Of a stretch of 34,200 nt of DNA, positions 32,460-34,200 are shown in pieces. Each line of letters opens with the position of its first letter. The stretch's first letter is position 1. Under the pieces are notes generated by a model. It had not been told where the DNA came from, ran no database searches, and saw nothing but the letters and a program-made list of their open reading frames with translations. The position numbers and the translations under genes were made by a program. This DNA comes from Neoechinorhynchus agilis. Lineage: Eukaryota; Animalia; Acanthocephala. Location of the stretch: assembly GCA_051530055.1 (NCBI GenBank), contig JBMGUZ010000027.1, positions 1-34,200 on the forward strand, written 5' to 3'.

Positions 32460-32800
32460 ATGGAAGACAAGAGTTGATTTGCGCTCGGTGCAACATGGTC
32501 TTAGAGATGATCTGCGAACGATGTTTCACCAATCACAATCGCGGGGTCATCTACATTTGCAAAACTCAGTGGCACGTTCGCAACGCCCTTAATCCAAACG
32601 CAAAATCATGCCTACCCCATGCGCGAAACCCCACTCAGAGTGCCACAGCGACGGAGAAGAAAAAACACTCTGCGCGAGTTAGGTTTGTGGCCGACTTTCC
32701 ACACACTTCAATGTTGTTACTTTAACACTTACTTCACATCTCCACGCGCTTTTTTAGATTCCTGAAGAAGATGGCAGAAGATCGAAAATAAAGATTTAAT
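32460..32800 (+). mobile_element. Penelope-like element 5 remnant: decayed GIY-YIG plus hammerhead-like motif at 32762-32796
   Basis: ICERC...VIYICKTQ-WHVRNALNPNA resembles PLE3 (CERC...FYIGKT...GHVRNALNLNA); followed by TTTTAGATTC-CTGAAGA-A-GAT(GGCAGAAG)ATC-GAAA. Confidence 0.6.
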
Positions 32801-33034
32801 TTATCATAACAACGGCCCTCTACCAAGTGTTTATTTTCGAAAACAAAACGTGAGTAATCACGCAGCTAGAAAATCAAATAGTATTTTACAAGGTTTTTAG
32901 AAGACCAAATAATTGCCGATATACAATACCAACGGTATCAAGAACTATATGATGACGGACGAGATGAATATAGAATCGATTTTTACGATAAACAGGGTCT
33001 ATTTATACAGATTATATTAATTAAGTGCAAGATT

Positions 33035-33362
33035 ATCCCTTACTCGGCCTACATTTCCTTTAGGCACGCAGCCAACCGATATCTTGCATCAAGGAAGTTA
33101 TTGAATCAATTAGATTGAACCATACGGAAATGAGTTTGTACGCATCCCTTCGGATCCTCAGATACTTAGCGAGAAGGTGGGACTCATCAGTAAGTTTCCT
33201 TCAGCGATATTTCGCCCCATTTCGTTATCAATAATCGGCGATATTAGATTTTGGCTCAAGTCCACTCAATCACCTCGACAAAACTTGGAAATGTAGAAAC
33301 TCAGATCTGAGATATCGGTTGGCTGTATACCTAAAGGAAAAATAAGCCGAGAGTAAGGGGAT
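33035..33362. mobile_element. MITE-like element with ~50-bp imperfect TIRs
   Basis: ATCCCTTACTCGGCCTACATTTCCTTTAGGCACGCAGCCAACCGATATCT (33035-33084) pairs with AGATATCGGTTGGCTGTATACCTAAAGGAAAAATAAGCCGAGAGTAAGGGGAT (33310-33362); no TSD confirmed. Confidence 0.75.
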
Positions 33363-33955
33363 GGTTTAAACACCTAATTAATGTAACCGGCTTGTCAGTA
33401 GACAAAAAACAATGTGTTTTTAGGTTTGTATAGTCAAAAGATCCTTGAAGAACACTAAAGAACCCATTATTGATGCTCCTATTTCGAGAATCGTGTTCAT
33501 TAAGAATGTAGAAAGTATTGAACATTAAAAACGACTGAGTGATATTATTCAAGAGAAATTGGATGCTCCCGAATATTGCCTGAGGGAATGCAAATTGCGA
33601 CTAGAGAAAGATAGAAAACAGATTATTGACCAAATTGTCGTTTTTAATGTTACAGTTTTTAGCAAAAGAAAAAATCACACAGTTTCCTATTAAAAGGGTC
33701 GAATCGGCATTGCAATTGGGGAGCACAGGGCGAGGACGAGATCAATGAAGAAAAAGCAAGCATTTTGCTGAACTCGCTCCCTTTAAAATTGGAAAACAAA
33801 TGACATTCCTAACAGTTGAAGTAAGTGCAATCGAAATACACAGAATAATGTCTTAAGTTACTGTGACGTAATTAAATAATGTGATTATTCTTATAATCGA
33901 TCCATTATTTTTCCACAAAATCAGTTTTATTAAGGGGCAGATATGTTAGGAAATG

Positions 33956-34200
33956 TAATTCCATCGCACCTTTTTGGGAAATTATGCTTCAAAATAACAT
34001 AATTCCTTTAATGAGTCTCATGTTTACGTACTCGGTATAGATTAAAAGATTTTAAATGGACTAAAGAAATTTGCAGCGAAAATAATCTTCGGCGCTCTGG
34101 CTCACTTATTTAGATTGCGTATATGATCCATGAAATATTCGCATTTAATTTAATCCACCTTAACAGGATTCTACGAATATTCACACCTCCGCTCAGGATC
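33956..34200. repeat. Dispersed repeat, copy 2 of 9492-9711 (runs off the window end)
   Basis: Direct alignment by eye from TAATTCCATCGCA to CTCAGGATC. Confidence 0.92.

Noticed and set aside
33140-33200. Minus-strand CTGATGAGTCC and CTGAGGA cores inside the MITE
   Set aside because: No matching GGAC-GAAA partner strand found.
1-34200. tRNA, rRNA, snRNA, spliced-leader or telomeric arrays
   Set aside because: GGTTCG-type words lack cloverleaf context; no SL1-like or TTAGG(G) tandem runs seen.

Overview
Eukaryotic (probably invertebrate animal) AT-rich genomic DNA with very short spliceosomal introns (39-53 nt where I could splice them by eye); the taxon cannot be assigned from sequence alone. 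The window is dense in decayed retroelements: six fragments of Penelope-like elements (PLE; RT and/or GIY-YIG) from about five diverged families, a CRE-clade RLE non-LTR element, an I/Jockey-type ORF1+APE LINE, a CR1/L2-type LINE (plus a partial second copy) and an RTE-type 3' fragment. It also holds several MITE-like inverted repeats, a 139-bp tandem array and a 64-bp perfect foldback. Minimal hammerhead-ribozyme motifs lie at or near the PLE ends: one solo motif looks intact (355-390) and five are decayed. Host-type genes: an intact 3-exon LITAF-family gene, an orphan type I membrane glycoprotein, a 630-aa secreted Thr/Glu mucin with an Asp/Tyr-rich tail duplicated 10 kb away together with a PLE end, and damaged copies of a PPP1R3/CBM21 gene, an H2A.Z gene and a Cordon-bleu-like multi-exon gene. 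All family calls come from motif recognition by eye, not database searches, and element boundaries are approximate unless stated.
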